Assembly: GCA_022605425.2 (NCBI GenBank)
Contig: CM061251.1
Span: 372,001-436,000, forward strand
Direction of reading: 5' to 3'
DNA: 64,000 nt
Origin: Hamiltosporidium tvaerminnensis FI-OER-3-3
Taxonomy: Eukaryota; Fungi; Microsporidia
Made by a program: the position numbers and the translations under genes. Below the pieces are notes generated by a model. The model did no database searches. It was not told where the DNA came from and worked only from the letters and a program-made list of their open reading frames with translations. Positions 1 to 11,714 of this stretch are shown piece by piece (the first letter of the stretch is position 1; every line of letters begins with the position of its first letter).

Positions 1-499
1 TTAAGTAGAGAAATCGGCTTATTAAAGTTGAAGTACTCTTATGAGATAGTTTATTTAAGATATCACATGTTGATTAAATTGAGAAAATATTTTTTGAGTA
101 TTTAATCTAGTATGGCAAAGTCTTTTGACCATTGATATCAGTTTATTCTGTACTTCTTCGAACGACTTACTTGTTTAAATTTCTCTGGTACCTTCTATTA
201 TTCCAAGGTATAAATAAACACATATTCCTTCAAGAAGAGTAGCTTTAGTTTCGTAACACGCATCATTTGTCGATAGCTTCTTTTTGTTATATCCCTAAGC
301 TAATTACATTTGTCGTAAACTCAGTTTTGACTATAGATCAACACCTCTTAAATGAATATTTCTTTTATTCCTAAGAAGGAGGGAAAATGAAACAAAACAG
401 AAGACCCTTATTAAATAAAAAATTTTCATTTATACTTCTCCATGCCGGCACACGGCAAAGAATTTTTTCACTTTTTAATTAGTCCTAGCATCGGTGCGT

Positions 500-1510
500 T
501 TTTTATACAAGAAATCCCTTAATCAAAATTTCTATATGGGATAATACGTTCAAAAGAAGCTACTTTCACATTTAAAAATCCTTATTTACTCCTGATTAAA
601 AACCATCGATCCTTAGATGCCCAATTTTGCGTAAAAAACGAATTCGAAAGAAAGGAAAATAATATAATTTTTTATTTTTAAAGAGCACGAAACACCAGAT
701 CGTTTAAATTACACGAAAATTTTTTATTTAATATGATCACAAAGCACTTGTGAAATTATTGTTGTATATATTATTTTCAACATAATTTCATAAAAAAACA
801 TGCTGTTGATTTGCACTTCAAATAAAAAATCTCAAATTAAAACTAGAAAAGAAATTTTGTATAGAATCTAAAGAAAATAAAAACATTTTAAATCTGAAAC
901 ACGAAAAAGCCACGAAAAAATGCGGTTTTGTTGTAAATATGAGTAAAAACGTACGCGGTGGAGATGCTATAAAAAAAATTAAACAAATTTATCGACAATA
1001 TTAAGCAGTATATTCTTGAAAAAGATATTGAAACAAGTGTTTTTAGAATTTCAGGTAAATATGGTGTTAAAAAGGCAGTCTCATATTCTCTGAGAGATAA
1101 TGGTCGATATAGTCTAAGGTATTAACAATAAATGATAATTCTAGTATATTCACGGCATATATCAGAAATAAGTTAACTGGAATGGTGCCAGAATATATAT
1201 ATAAAGAGCTTCTACAAGCATTTAAGGGCTCTGGAGATGCTAAATCAGTTAAATGGTAGTGATATATTAGATTTTGATTAGATGATAAGGATAGAGAGTT
1301 TTTGGTACATTTAAAACGAATCTCTGAACAGATTGAAAATTTTAAAGACTATAACAAGATGCCATTAGATGCTCTTGTAAAAAAAATTTAATCCAACTAT
1401 ATCCCGAACTATAGACATTATGACTTGAAAATGGTTAAAAAGCAAACCGACTAAAAAAAGATTTATTCGAATAAGATAGGAACAAGGCATTTTAGATAAT
1501 TTCAATACCG
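500..1510 (+). pseudogene. RhoGAP pseudogene, paralogue of 13768..14922
   Basis: Manual translation gives EKDIETSVFRISGKYG (~1018-1065) vs KEGIKTEGIFRISGRSS in the intact copy. Also IENFKDYNKM vs IENYKDYNKM, and K-CGFVVNM vs KSCGCIINM. Multiple stops and frameshifts; ends approximate. Confidence 0.8.
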
Positions 1511-1799
1511 TACTTTTAAACGTTGTACTAAACAAATAGGTAATTATAGTTTTCTTCCTTAATACATTTTTTTAAATAGAGTTTTGCATGAGTCTAGGTC
1601 ATAAGCCAAATCTATTTAATACTTCTATTTATTTTTACTACAATATTTTTTAAAATAAATCATTTATCATATAAATACGGTTAAATGTACTTTTATTTCA
1701 TTTTTTTAATCTAAGCCAATGTGTACATTTTATAAAGTTTACATTATAATTCATTTTTAAAAACATTGTATGAATGTAATTCATTGTAATATTATAAAT

Positions 1800-4250
1800 C
1801 TAAAGAAAATCCCCATTTAAAAAAAAATCTTTCATCTTGTAATTGGTTAGGGTTATCAAATAGATACTAAATCAAAACGTAAAAACCATAATGATATATT
1901 TTGATATAAAATTTCATACAAATTTTTTTACATTAAAACAAATTTGGTATATATATTACCGAGCAAATATAACAAGACATGTTAGCAAAAAATTAAGATA
2001 TAATTTCTGCAAATACTGTGCAGACTTTTTCTGCGAATAGACTTATAGTTTACATAACGATTTTGCTGAATATTCCCACGAAAAAGTCACATTTTTTTAT
2101 AAATAATCGATATGTCGAGGTTATCATACTTTTACAATTTTAAGGGTAGAAAATTATTTTTAATTTTATAGAATAATCTCAAGTTTGAAGTACAATTTAT
2201 ATTAATATTTCCTTTCTAATTATAAATATCCAATCTGACATAAATTATACTAAGGTTGTATTCTGTACAACATCTAAATCTTCAGGTTACACAATACGCG
2301 ATGCGAAAGATTTAAGATTCATTTCATTTGAATTATTGTTCTTCTTTTTTTAACATTTGGGAATTTTAGCATTCGAAATCAAAAAGAAGCTAGTGTTATT
2401 TTTCATTCATTTTCAATTACTTCGGAGTGACTTCGGTGAGGTATTTAACAAACTATAATCAAAAACAATGTTAACCGAAGCTAGATATTCACTTGTCGAA
2501 ATAGGAAAAATAAGGTCATGAAACTGTTTTTAAGCTTGTCTTCGGTATTCAATTCCAAATTTTATCTATCCTTACGCAAATATTAAAAAAAGTATTTAAG
2601 AGATTTATTTTTTTAATTTTATTTCTACGGTTAAATCCAAGTTTATAGAAAAGAAAAACTCCAAATCGAAATCTTATAGATTAGGAAGTTCCTGAAAATG
2701 TAATAAAAAATTAACATGTATAATATACTAGCAGAGCAACTAGCAAATACTTTAAATTTTGTATAAACGTATTTTAAATTTATCATAAATTCCTGTTCTT
2801 CGTAAAATTATAGGAAAACCAAATTTTTTCTTCAAAATGTCAATTTTTAATACAGATGTGATATTAAGAATGTTATAAGCAAAAAATAGCCGTATTCTTT
2901 TCTAACAATAAATAAATTTGTAGCCAAATACCCATTTATTTTGAAATATAAGATAAAATTTTGGATTAGCTGTCATAAAGGAAGAAGGAAACTATATTTT
3001 ACATTTATTTAACAGATGCTTAGACCAAAAGTATTCTTATACCTTCTTTAAAAAAATATAAGTGAAGATATGGAAACAATATGTAATACTCGAATTAAAT
3101 TTGATCTAAACGTTTTATACAATCTAAGATTGAGTCATAACAACTATAAATCGTTTGTTAATTATTTGAGCCTTAAAAATTAATTTTTTTATATTCCAAC
3201 CAAGACTTCAATATAAATAATTTTATATAATCTGTATATATTCAAAAACAATACAGACAATTGTATAAAAATTTATATTACAAAATCGCAAGCACGCTTC
3301 TGGATATAATCATATATTTATAAATATAATTTTACAAATCAACCATAGATTTTAGGTACGAAGCAAAATAAGTATACGACCAATTTTTTGCCCATAATTA
3401 TATATTTCCAGATTGAGATGAAGCATATATCTCACAATATATATTTTTTAAAGTTAATACCGTGGTAACAAATAAATAATCAAACATTTACACATCATTA
3501 ACGGGCATAATTGGGCAAACAAGTCTTGTAACAAACTATAAATTCTAATTATATATATTGAAGGGAAATAAATAAAACGAGATATCAATTTGTAAAGATA
3601 AAACTTAAAAATCCTATAAATACAACATATAATGATGGAAGAATAACGTTCAAGACAAACTTATACTCGAAATTTTTAGTTCTCGTGAAAAAAATTATTT
3701 AATATAACTAAGTTTCACATACGAAAAAAAACTAAAGTAAGTGATATTTTTTGATATTCTTAATTCATCAATAATAATGTGTAAATGTATGACATTCCAC
3801 GCCTAGAAAGATTTAGACTGTTCAGAAAAATATTGTTCTAACTATTATTAAACAAAATTTCCTGATTACACTATATCAGCCAAAAGAATTATGAGATATG
3901 TCTATACTTTTAAAGTTTTCTTCTAATCCGAAAAATATCTGTTTAAACATTCCCTTTTACGTCTTTATAAGCCTCCCTACTTGTACATAATGATATTAGA
4001 TTATAACTGGTATTCCAATGCTTTAATAGGAGCAAATAATGGCTTAATAGTAATCACAAAAATTTGATTTCATTTCCTTTATTAAGTAAATAGTTTTTTA
4101 CAGTAAAAAAAATATTGATGAGAAATAAGAAAAATAGATAAAAATGTATAATCGAGCAGAACTATCTATACCTCACATAACACGCATATTATAATAGGTA
4201 AGCGTTCATAAAAAATAAAATACAACATATATTAATTAGGTGAGTGAAAA
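1800..4250 (+). mobile_element. Highly decayed Ty3/gypsy pol relic (RT-RNaseH-integrase)
   Basis: Motif remnants in the right order: GYQI (~1851), FG (~1943), VYI-D-IL (YxDD site, ~2048), NYF (~2416), TDV (~2852), ILGT..N (~3348), H..GH.G (~3491), PDYTIS (~3861). No open frame. Confidence 0.55.
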
Positions 4251-5221
4251 AATAATTACACAGAATGCCTAAGCCAAAACAGGAACGAAAAAGAAGATAA
4301 AAATTAGTCTAAATTATTAGAAAAAAAGAGAAAAGCAAGCAAAAAATGTAGCAAAAAAACCAAAAGTAAACAAACTATATTATAAAGCTTTATAATAGGA
4401 TTTTTGAGTCACAATAAATCTATGTATAAAACAAATATTTTTATCTTTCCTTAAATATGAGTAAATATATTATATAAATCAATATTATTTGAATTGTACT
4501 AATTTATTATACTTGCTCAAAGTAAATTTTCAAAAAATTTAAGAGAAATTAGTATGCTTAGTTTATTAACCCAAGCATTACCCCACATAAAAAAAATACT
4601 TCCAAACGAGATATAATAACAGAGCCTCAAAGCTTGGCTAAAAATGTATAGTATATAAAAAAACTCTAAATATAAAAATAAGCTAAAAAAGCTTGAAAAT
4701 GTACAAGCCAATATAACAGATAAAAAAATAAAACTTGGAATAACTCTGAAATTAAATAAGCGAACGTCTAAGAAAAATTAAAAATATAGATATGCCGGTT
4801 CATTTTAATATACGAATATATAGAGTATGTAAGCTTATAAAAGTCTAAATATAAAACCCAAGAAACCATAGCTCAACCAAAGAGACCAAAGAAGATAGAT
4901 TTATGACAAATATTTTTATTTTTTTCTCTATATTATAGTACATTCGTTATAGAATAAAAACCTGCAATAATATATTACAAGATTAAAATGCAATAATTAA
5001 AAACTCCTTACCATGTAAAAACCCATCAACCATGTATTAAATTATATAAAATTATTCAATATTTTTTAATTCATGTATACTTTATATCTATTATTAGAAG
5101 TTAAATTTATTTTTTTGATTCTTTAAGAATAGCAAACAAACAATTTAAACTGTAAATTACATTCGATCAATTACTGAGGAATCAACGAGATAAAAAGTTT
5201 TAAATACAAAAAAAAACTTAA

Positions 5222-5600
5222 AAAAATGCATAAAAGTTAAAAGTATAAATAAACAGAAAGAAATGCATAAAAATTAAAAGTACAAATAAACAGAAAGAAA
5301 TGCATTAAAGTTAAAAGTATAAATACAATAGAAAATATTAATGCATGAAAAACAAAGAAGATAAGATAGAGAAGAATAAAAAAAATGCATAAAAGTTAAA
5401 AGTACAAATAAACAGAAAGAAATGCATTAAAGTTAAAAGTACAAATACAATAGAAAATATTAATGCATGAAAAACAAAGAAGATAAGATAGAGAAGAATA
5501 AAAAAATGCATAAAAGTTAAAAGTATAAATAAACAGAAAAAAATGCATAAAAGTTAAAAGTATAAATACAAATGAAAGTATTAATGCATGAAAAACAAAC
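5222..5600. repeat. Compound A-rich tandem repeat (~37-bp unit nested in a ~120-bp higher-order unit)
   Basis: aaatgcataaaagttaaaagtataaata recurs ~7 times; attaatgcatgaaaaacaaa recurs 3 times. Confidence 0.85.
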
Positions 5601-5661
5601 CTGAGAAATAGAGAAGAGAAGAAGAAAGAAAAAATATTAAATTCCTTTAATCCAACACCTC

Positions 5662-8600
5662 TTAAGAACTACCATCACTTATATCCCTCTCAATACTCTC
5701 CCCTACATCATTAACACACACTCTAATACCATCTACCTCATCAATATACTGTCCTTCTATCCTATCAACACTCTCTACTCTTACCACTTCCTTTACTAAC
5801 TTACTTATCACCCATAAATAACCTTCTACCCATTTATTTTCACCACATAACACCCCTACACTACACATCCTTATACCACTACTGTTAACTATACTTCTTA
5901 TTCTTTTAACAACTTCAACCATACTAGTAAATCCTAAATCATAACACCCTTTACGTATAGGAAAATCAGAAACACATATACTAATAGGTGTTAAGTCAGT
6001 CACCATATTTGTAAGAGAAGATATATCAGTATTAAAGGGGTGTTGTTTATTAGGTAAGTCGTTAACAGGGTGTAAAGTATTAGTACTGTTGTTAACGGGG
6101 TGTAAAGTATCGGTATTGTTCATAACACCCTCTTTACTACTACTGTTACTAGCACCCTCTTTACTACTATTGTTACTAACACCCTCTTTACTACTATTGT
6201 TACTAGCACCCTCTTTACTACTATTGTTACTAACACCCCCTACTATCTCTTTATTACTAACACCCCCTACTATCTCTTTACTACTCCTGTTATTAACACC
6301 CCCTACCATATCCAATCCACCATCACCCTCTTTATCACCCCCTCTTATATACTTCCCTTTAACCTCTTCATACCTCCCTACCATCTTCTGATATATCTCT
6401 TCACTTATAAAAGGCATTACAGTACTAAACATCTTTAAAATATCATAAAACACAGACACTAACACTACAACATACTCTCTTTCCTTTCTAACCTTACATA
6501 ACTCTATAAACACATCACAAAAGTCATAAATAAAATACTTATGAATAGAACTACAAACACCCATAAAATTATAAGAAGTAATACACTTAACATACTCTTC
6601 AATACATATATTTCTCTTTTCATATATCCATTGTAATATAAGGTCATACTCTATAGCACTATTAAGAATATTACTGTTATTCATAATAAAGTACATAGTA
6701 TTAGTTATATTATTAGTATTAGGGTTAGTGGTAGTGGTATTAGGGTTAGTAGTAGTTGTATTAGGGTTATTATTGTTAGTGGTAGTTCTATTAGGGTTAT
6801 TATTGTTAGTGGTAGTTGTACTAGAGTTGTTATTGTTAGTGTTAGTTGTATTAGGGTTAGTGGTAGTTGTAGTGGTATTGTTACTTTTGTTCTTATCACT
6901 AACACCCTCCAACCTATTACTATCCAACCTATTACTATCCAACCTATTACTATCTAGCCCACTACCCAACCTATTACTATCCAACCTATTACTATCCAAC
7001 CTATTACTATCTAACCTATTACTATCTAACCCACTACCCAACCTATTACTACCCAACCTATTACTATCTAACCTACTACATCCCAACCCACTACCCAACC
7101 TATCCTTATCATTAACACACATCTCCATAAACTTATAGGCATTCCATATCTTATTACACATCTTTCTATACCCTTCTATCCTTAACACATCTAAATTAAC
7201 ATCCTTAACACCACTACAATAACAACACAACCCAAACCTTAAAGCATCTGCTCCACACTCACCTATTCCTCTAGGAAAATCTATTCTTAAAGCTTCTATA
7301 CCTCTTTTAATCTCCTTATCACTCATATTACTATTACTAACACGTAATACTAACTTATCTATACTTATACCTTCTATAACATCTATAGGGTCTATAACAT
7401 TACCTACACTCTTACTCATCTTCTTACCATGACTGTCTCTTATCAGTCCATGTAATAATATTTTATTAAAAGGTATTTTATTGGTTAATTCTATACCTAA
7501 CATTACCATCCTAGCAACCCAAAAGAATAAAATATCAGAACCTGTCTCTAATACTGAGGTAGGATAGAAATAAGAATAATCTTTTGTATTATCAGGCCAA
7601 CCCATAACAGTAAAAGGCCATAAACCAGAAGAGAACCAAGTATCAAGAACATCATCATCCTGTACGAGATTGATATTAGGGTGTGTGTTATTATCATTAG
7701 GGATAGGGATATTAGGGATAGTGGTATGTATGTTAGTACTATCAGGGTTAGTACTATCATGGTTATTATTATCAGGGCTATTATCAGAGTTAGTACTATC
7801 CTTAACATGCTTAATATCCTTATTAATATTACTATTGTTATCCTTAATACTACCATCCTTATTATTACTATTGTTATCCTTATTATCCCAACTACTACCC
7901 CCACCACTACTACTACCCCCACCACTAGTACTACCCCCACTACTACTATCACCCCTATTATACCTGCTCATGTAATTCTTCATTGCCTCATCCTTGTCCT
8001 TTCCTACTACCCATCCTTGTCTAACATTATCAACATAAACTCTATAAGCAGGTACTCTATGTCCCCATACAAGTTGTCTACTTAAACACCAGTCACGTAT
8101 ATTTTCTAACCATTTAAACCATCTGTTTTTACACTCATCAGGTATAATTTCTATTTGGTTGGTTGTTACTGCTTGTATGGCTTTTTGTGCCATGTTGTTA
8201 CATTTAAGCCACCATTGTTTCTTAAGTATTGGTTCTATTATATCATTACTACGTGAACAGAATGGTAGGGTGTATGTATGTGGTTCTTCTTTTTTTAGGA
8301 GGTTTATGTTTTTTAGGTGGGTTAATATTTTTGTACGGGCGATAAATCTTTTAAGGCCATTAATAGATTTAAGGAAGTGTATATTGGGTGTGATGTTGGG
8401 TGTGGTAGTAGCGTTATCACCCTGTTGTATATTAGTAGTAGTATTATCACCCTGTTGTTTATTAGTAGTAGTATTATCACCCTGTTGTTTATTAGTAGTA
8501 GTATTATCACCCTGTTGTTTATTAGTACTAGTATTAACACCCTGTTGTACATTAGTACTAGTATTATCACCCTGTTGTATATTAGTACTAGCGTTATCAC

Positions 8601-10340
8601 CCTGTTGTTTATTAGTAGTAGTATTATCACCCTGTTGTTTATTAGTACTAGTATTAACACCCTGTTGTCATTGTACTGTTTATCCCCTGTTGTTATTAGT
8701 ACTAGCGTTAACACCCTGTTGTTTATTAGTACTAGTATTAACACCCTGTTGTATATTAGTACTAGTATTAACACCCTGTTGTACATTAGTACTAGTATTA
8801 TCACCCTGTTGTATATTAGTACTAGCGTTAACACCCTGTTGTTTATTAGTACTAGTATTAACACCCTGTTGTATATTAGTACTAGTATTAACACCCTCTA
8901 TAATATTACTCTCGCTGCTATCACCCCCCATCTTACCCACCCCTCTATCCACCCTATCGTTACTACTTTCTATTTCCTTTATAATATCTGTTATTTCTAT
9001 ATTATTATCTTCATTTAACACCCTTATAATATCAAGATTATACTTACGTGACAATTCAAAATCATTAAAGTCATGTGCAGGTGTTATTTTAAGTACACCT
9101 GTTCCAATATCAAGAGTAGCTTGTTCATCAAATATAATTGGTATTATTTTACCTGTTAAAGGGTTTATAGCCTTTTTACCTTTAAGGTGTGTTAATGAAG
9201 GGTTAGCACATAAAGCAGTATCACCTAATATTGTCTCTGGTCTTGTAGTAGCTATAGTTATATAAGTGGTGTTGTTATTAGTATTCGTATTCTTATTGGT
9301 ATTAGTGTTGTTATTAGATGGGTTAGAGGGGGTATTAATAGAAAGGTTACTAAAGGGGTGTTGTATATCAGTACTGTTACTAACCCTTTTATAATTATCT
9401 TTGCTAATATCTATATTACTCTTATTAATATCTTTATTACTCTTATAACTATTCTTATAACTTCCTTATAACTATCCTTATCACTAACAATATCTTTACT
9501 AATATCTATCACATCATTACCCTTACTAATATCTATCACACCACTACCCTCTTCACTACCTATCACACTACACTCGGTAATAGGATAGTCTATGTAGTAC
9601 ATTATACCAAATAAATACTCCCCTTTATCTACCTTAATAACAGTATTAGGTGTTACTTCTCTATTATCTACTTCTAAGTCAGAAATAGAAGTGTGTAAAG
9701 CACCACACCAATTAACAAGTCTATTATCTCTATAAATAAGATTTTTATTATAAAGAATTATAAAAGAATGAATAACTGCCTTATTAATAGAAGAATCCAT
9801 TGTAAACTTTTGTCTGGAAAAGTCTAAAGAAGCTCCTATACGTTTTATTTGACTGTAAATACGTGTTTGGTATAAAGAAGTGTGTTGGTATAACAAATTG
9901 AGTTTTTCTTTTTTAGAAAGTAAATTTAAATGAATATTTTGTAATAAAAGGTTTTTCTCAATAACAGTTTGTGTTGCTATTCCTGCATGGTCAGTGCCTG
10001 GTAAATAAAGGGTGGGTATTTTGTTCATACGGTAATATCTTATAAGAATATCTTGTAATGCTAACATCATGGTGTGTCCTATATGAAGAGAACCTGTTAC
10101 GTTGGGTGGTGGTAGTATTATGGTGAATGGTTTTTTTGTGGTGGTTATTTGTGGAGTGAAGAGGTTGTGGTGTTGCCAGAATGAGAACCAGTGTTTCTCG
10201 GTGGTTAGTGGGTTGTATTGGGTGGATTGTGATTTTGTTGGTGGTTTTTGTTTTTGTGGATTGTGGTGTGGTTTTGAGTGGAATTTTTGTAATTTTTCTT
10301 GTTTTTTTTGTAGTTTTTTAGATTTTCTATCAAGAGACAT
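5662..10340 (-). CDS. VAS1: Valyl-tRNA synthetase, ~1560 aa, with five low-complexity insertions; split by one frameshift (~9463) and one local stop (8680)
   Basis: PPPNVTGSLHIGH (HIGH), PGTDHAGIATQ, ATTRPETILGD (~9225-9255), GTGVLKITPAHDFNDF (~9060-9105), DWCLSRQLVWGHRVP, DVLDTWFSSGLWPF, KMSKS, GADALRF. The 9054 and 8193 ORFs share a frame; the 10340 ORF joins by restoring one base. Confidence 0.95.
6030..6350 (-). repeat. Coding repeats in ValRS: 27-bp EGVSNNSSK array then 30-bp HPVNNSTNTL units
   Basis: taacaccctctttactactattgttac units and gttaacagggtgtaaagtat units. Confidence 0.9.
6700..7100 (-). repeat. Coding repeats in ValRS: 15-bp RLDSN array followed by TTTNPN/Asn-Thr array
   Basis: ccaacctattactat units at 6908-7075; ttagggtta-containing units at 6715-6865. 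Confidence 0.9.
8410..8900 (-). repeat. 30-bp coding minisatellite (NTSTNKQQGV), ~16 copies, inside the ValRS editing (CP1) region
   Basis: Plus-strand unit caccctgttgtttattagtactagtattaa repeated head-to-tail. Confidence 0.95.
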
Positions 10341-10343
10341 GGG
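10341..10343 (-). promoter_or_regulatory. Microsporidian CCC-like transcription-initiation motif before the ValRS ATG
   Basis: taaCCCatg on the minus strand. The same motif precedes EF-1alpha (accccc-agaaa-atg), 30178 (accctca-atg), 44831 (atcccctt-atg) and 55664 (gccc-atg). Confidence 0.7.
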
Positions 10344-10404
10344 TTACAGTAATATAAAGTATTATAGTGGTAGGGTGTGTTGTGTGGATAGGGTGTGGTA
10401 GTGT

Positions 10405-10498
10405 GGATAGTAGTAGTAAGGATAGTAGTAGTAAGGATAGTAGTAGTAAGGATAGTAGTAGTAAGGATAGTAGTAGTAAGGATAGTAGTAGTAAGGAT
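10405..10498. repeat. 15-bp tandem repeat ggatagtagtagtaa x6
   Basis: Directly visible upstream of ValRS. Confidence 0.95.
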
Positions 10499-10985
10499 AT
10501 ATGTTTAATATCAAAGAATAGAAAATAATAAGGAAATATAAAGCTAATAAAAAAGGGAAATAAAGATAATAAAGATAAAGAAAAATAAGAAAGATAAAGA
10601 AATAATAGTAAAAGGAAAGAAATACAGATAAGAAATATAAAGAAAAGAAATACAAAGGAAAGAAATATAAAGAAAAGAAATACAAAGAACATAATAGATA
10701 ATAATGTTATATACTTACTATTCTATTTACTATTCTACTTACTCTTCTACTCCTTATTATCTCTTTCTAGTATTTTATTGTCTTTACTCTTCTATTTACT
10801 ATTCTATTTACTCTTCTATTTACTATTACTTACTCTTCTATTTACTCTTCTATTCCTTATTATCTCTTTCTAGTATTTTATTGTCTTTACAATTCTATTT
10901 ACTAATCTTAGATATTTAAGATTTTTAAATACTTTTTAATAGATTCTTAAATATTTTATATTTTATAGTGTTATTGTTGTTAGAG

Positions 10986-11714
10986 GTGGAGGGAGAATAA
11001 CCACATAAAAAACTTTCTGCTTGGCAATGAGTGTGTGAAACTGGTGTGAGAATTATTGTTTGAATTTTTAGTTGGAATAAAACCACACTACATCTTCGGT
11101 TGTTCCATGGGAGTTGTTATGAGGAGGAGAGGTCTAAGAAATGGAGAAACTTTTTCTACAAATTTATTTGTAGTTTTTTATGTAAGCAGATTGCAGACCG
11201 CAGCTTAACATGTAGGTAATTGCCATGTAAAAGCATGGAAACCTAGCCTTGCTCACTCGGGTTAGAAGACTTAGCGCCTGGGAGATACAAAACAAAAAAC
11301 CATTTAAAGCCAGGAAAGCTAAGTAGCAGGTTATACCTGTTGGTATGACATTGCACTGTCTAGGTGGACCCCATGTAAATCTCTGAAATATATCTTAGCT
11401 AGAAGTTTATTGGGTTCGGAAAGTGTAGAGTAAGTGGGAATGCTGCATAGTCTTGGGGGAGCCTAGGGGGGGCTTCGGCCTTCGATCAACACCATGCAAC
11501 GAACATTAACGAACTCCGGGCAACTGCCTCGCCTAGTAATTAGGTTCTACACACCTGGTAGATGAAAGCTTTGGGACGTAGGTATCGCAGGGGTTAGTGA
11601 TGGAGTGTTGGGGTAGCAGTCATTTATGTTAAACCTAGAACTGCGTTAATTTCATGAAAACAAATATACCGCTTGTCACTGTTTTAAAAAGATGTGATAT
11701 TTTTCAATAAAGTT
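10986..11714 (+). mobile_element. ~725-bp structured dispersed repeat, copy 1
   Basis: Collinear with 36990-37718, 47149-47874 and inverted 53542-54205. GC-elevated; begins GTGG..CCAC; ends aataaagtt. Confidence 0.9.

Noticed and set aside
6715-6865. Interstitial telomere
   Set aside because: TTAGGG words are isolated rather than tandem and correspond to Asn-Pro-Asn codons; kept only as part of the skew observation.
6089-9265. Hydrophobic plus-strand and alternate-frame ORFs (6089, 6728, 7670, 8159, 8322, 8377 etc.)
   Set aside because: Shadows of the 3n-length repeats inside ValRS.
10986-11714. rRNA, group I/II intron or telomerase RNA identity for the 725-bp element
   Set aside because: No universal rRNA motifs, no convincing P7 or domain V, and no CUAACCCU template on the strand favoured by G-U pairs.
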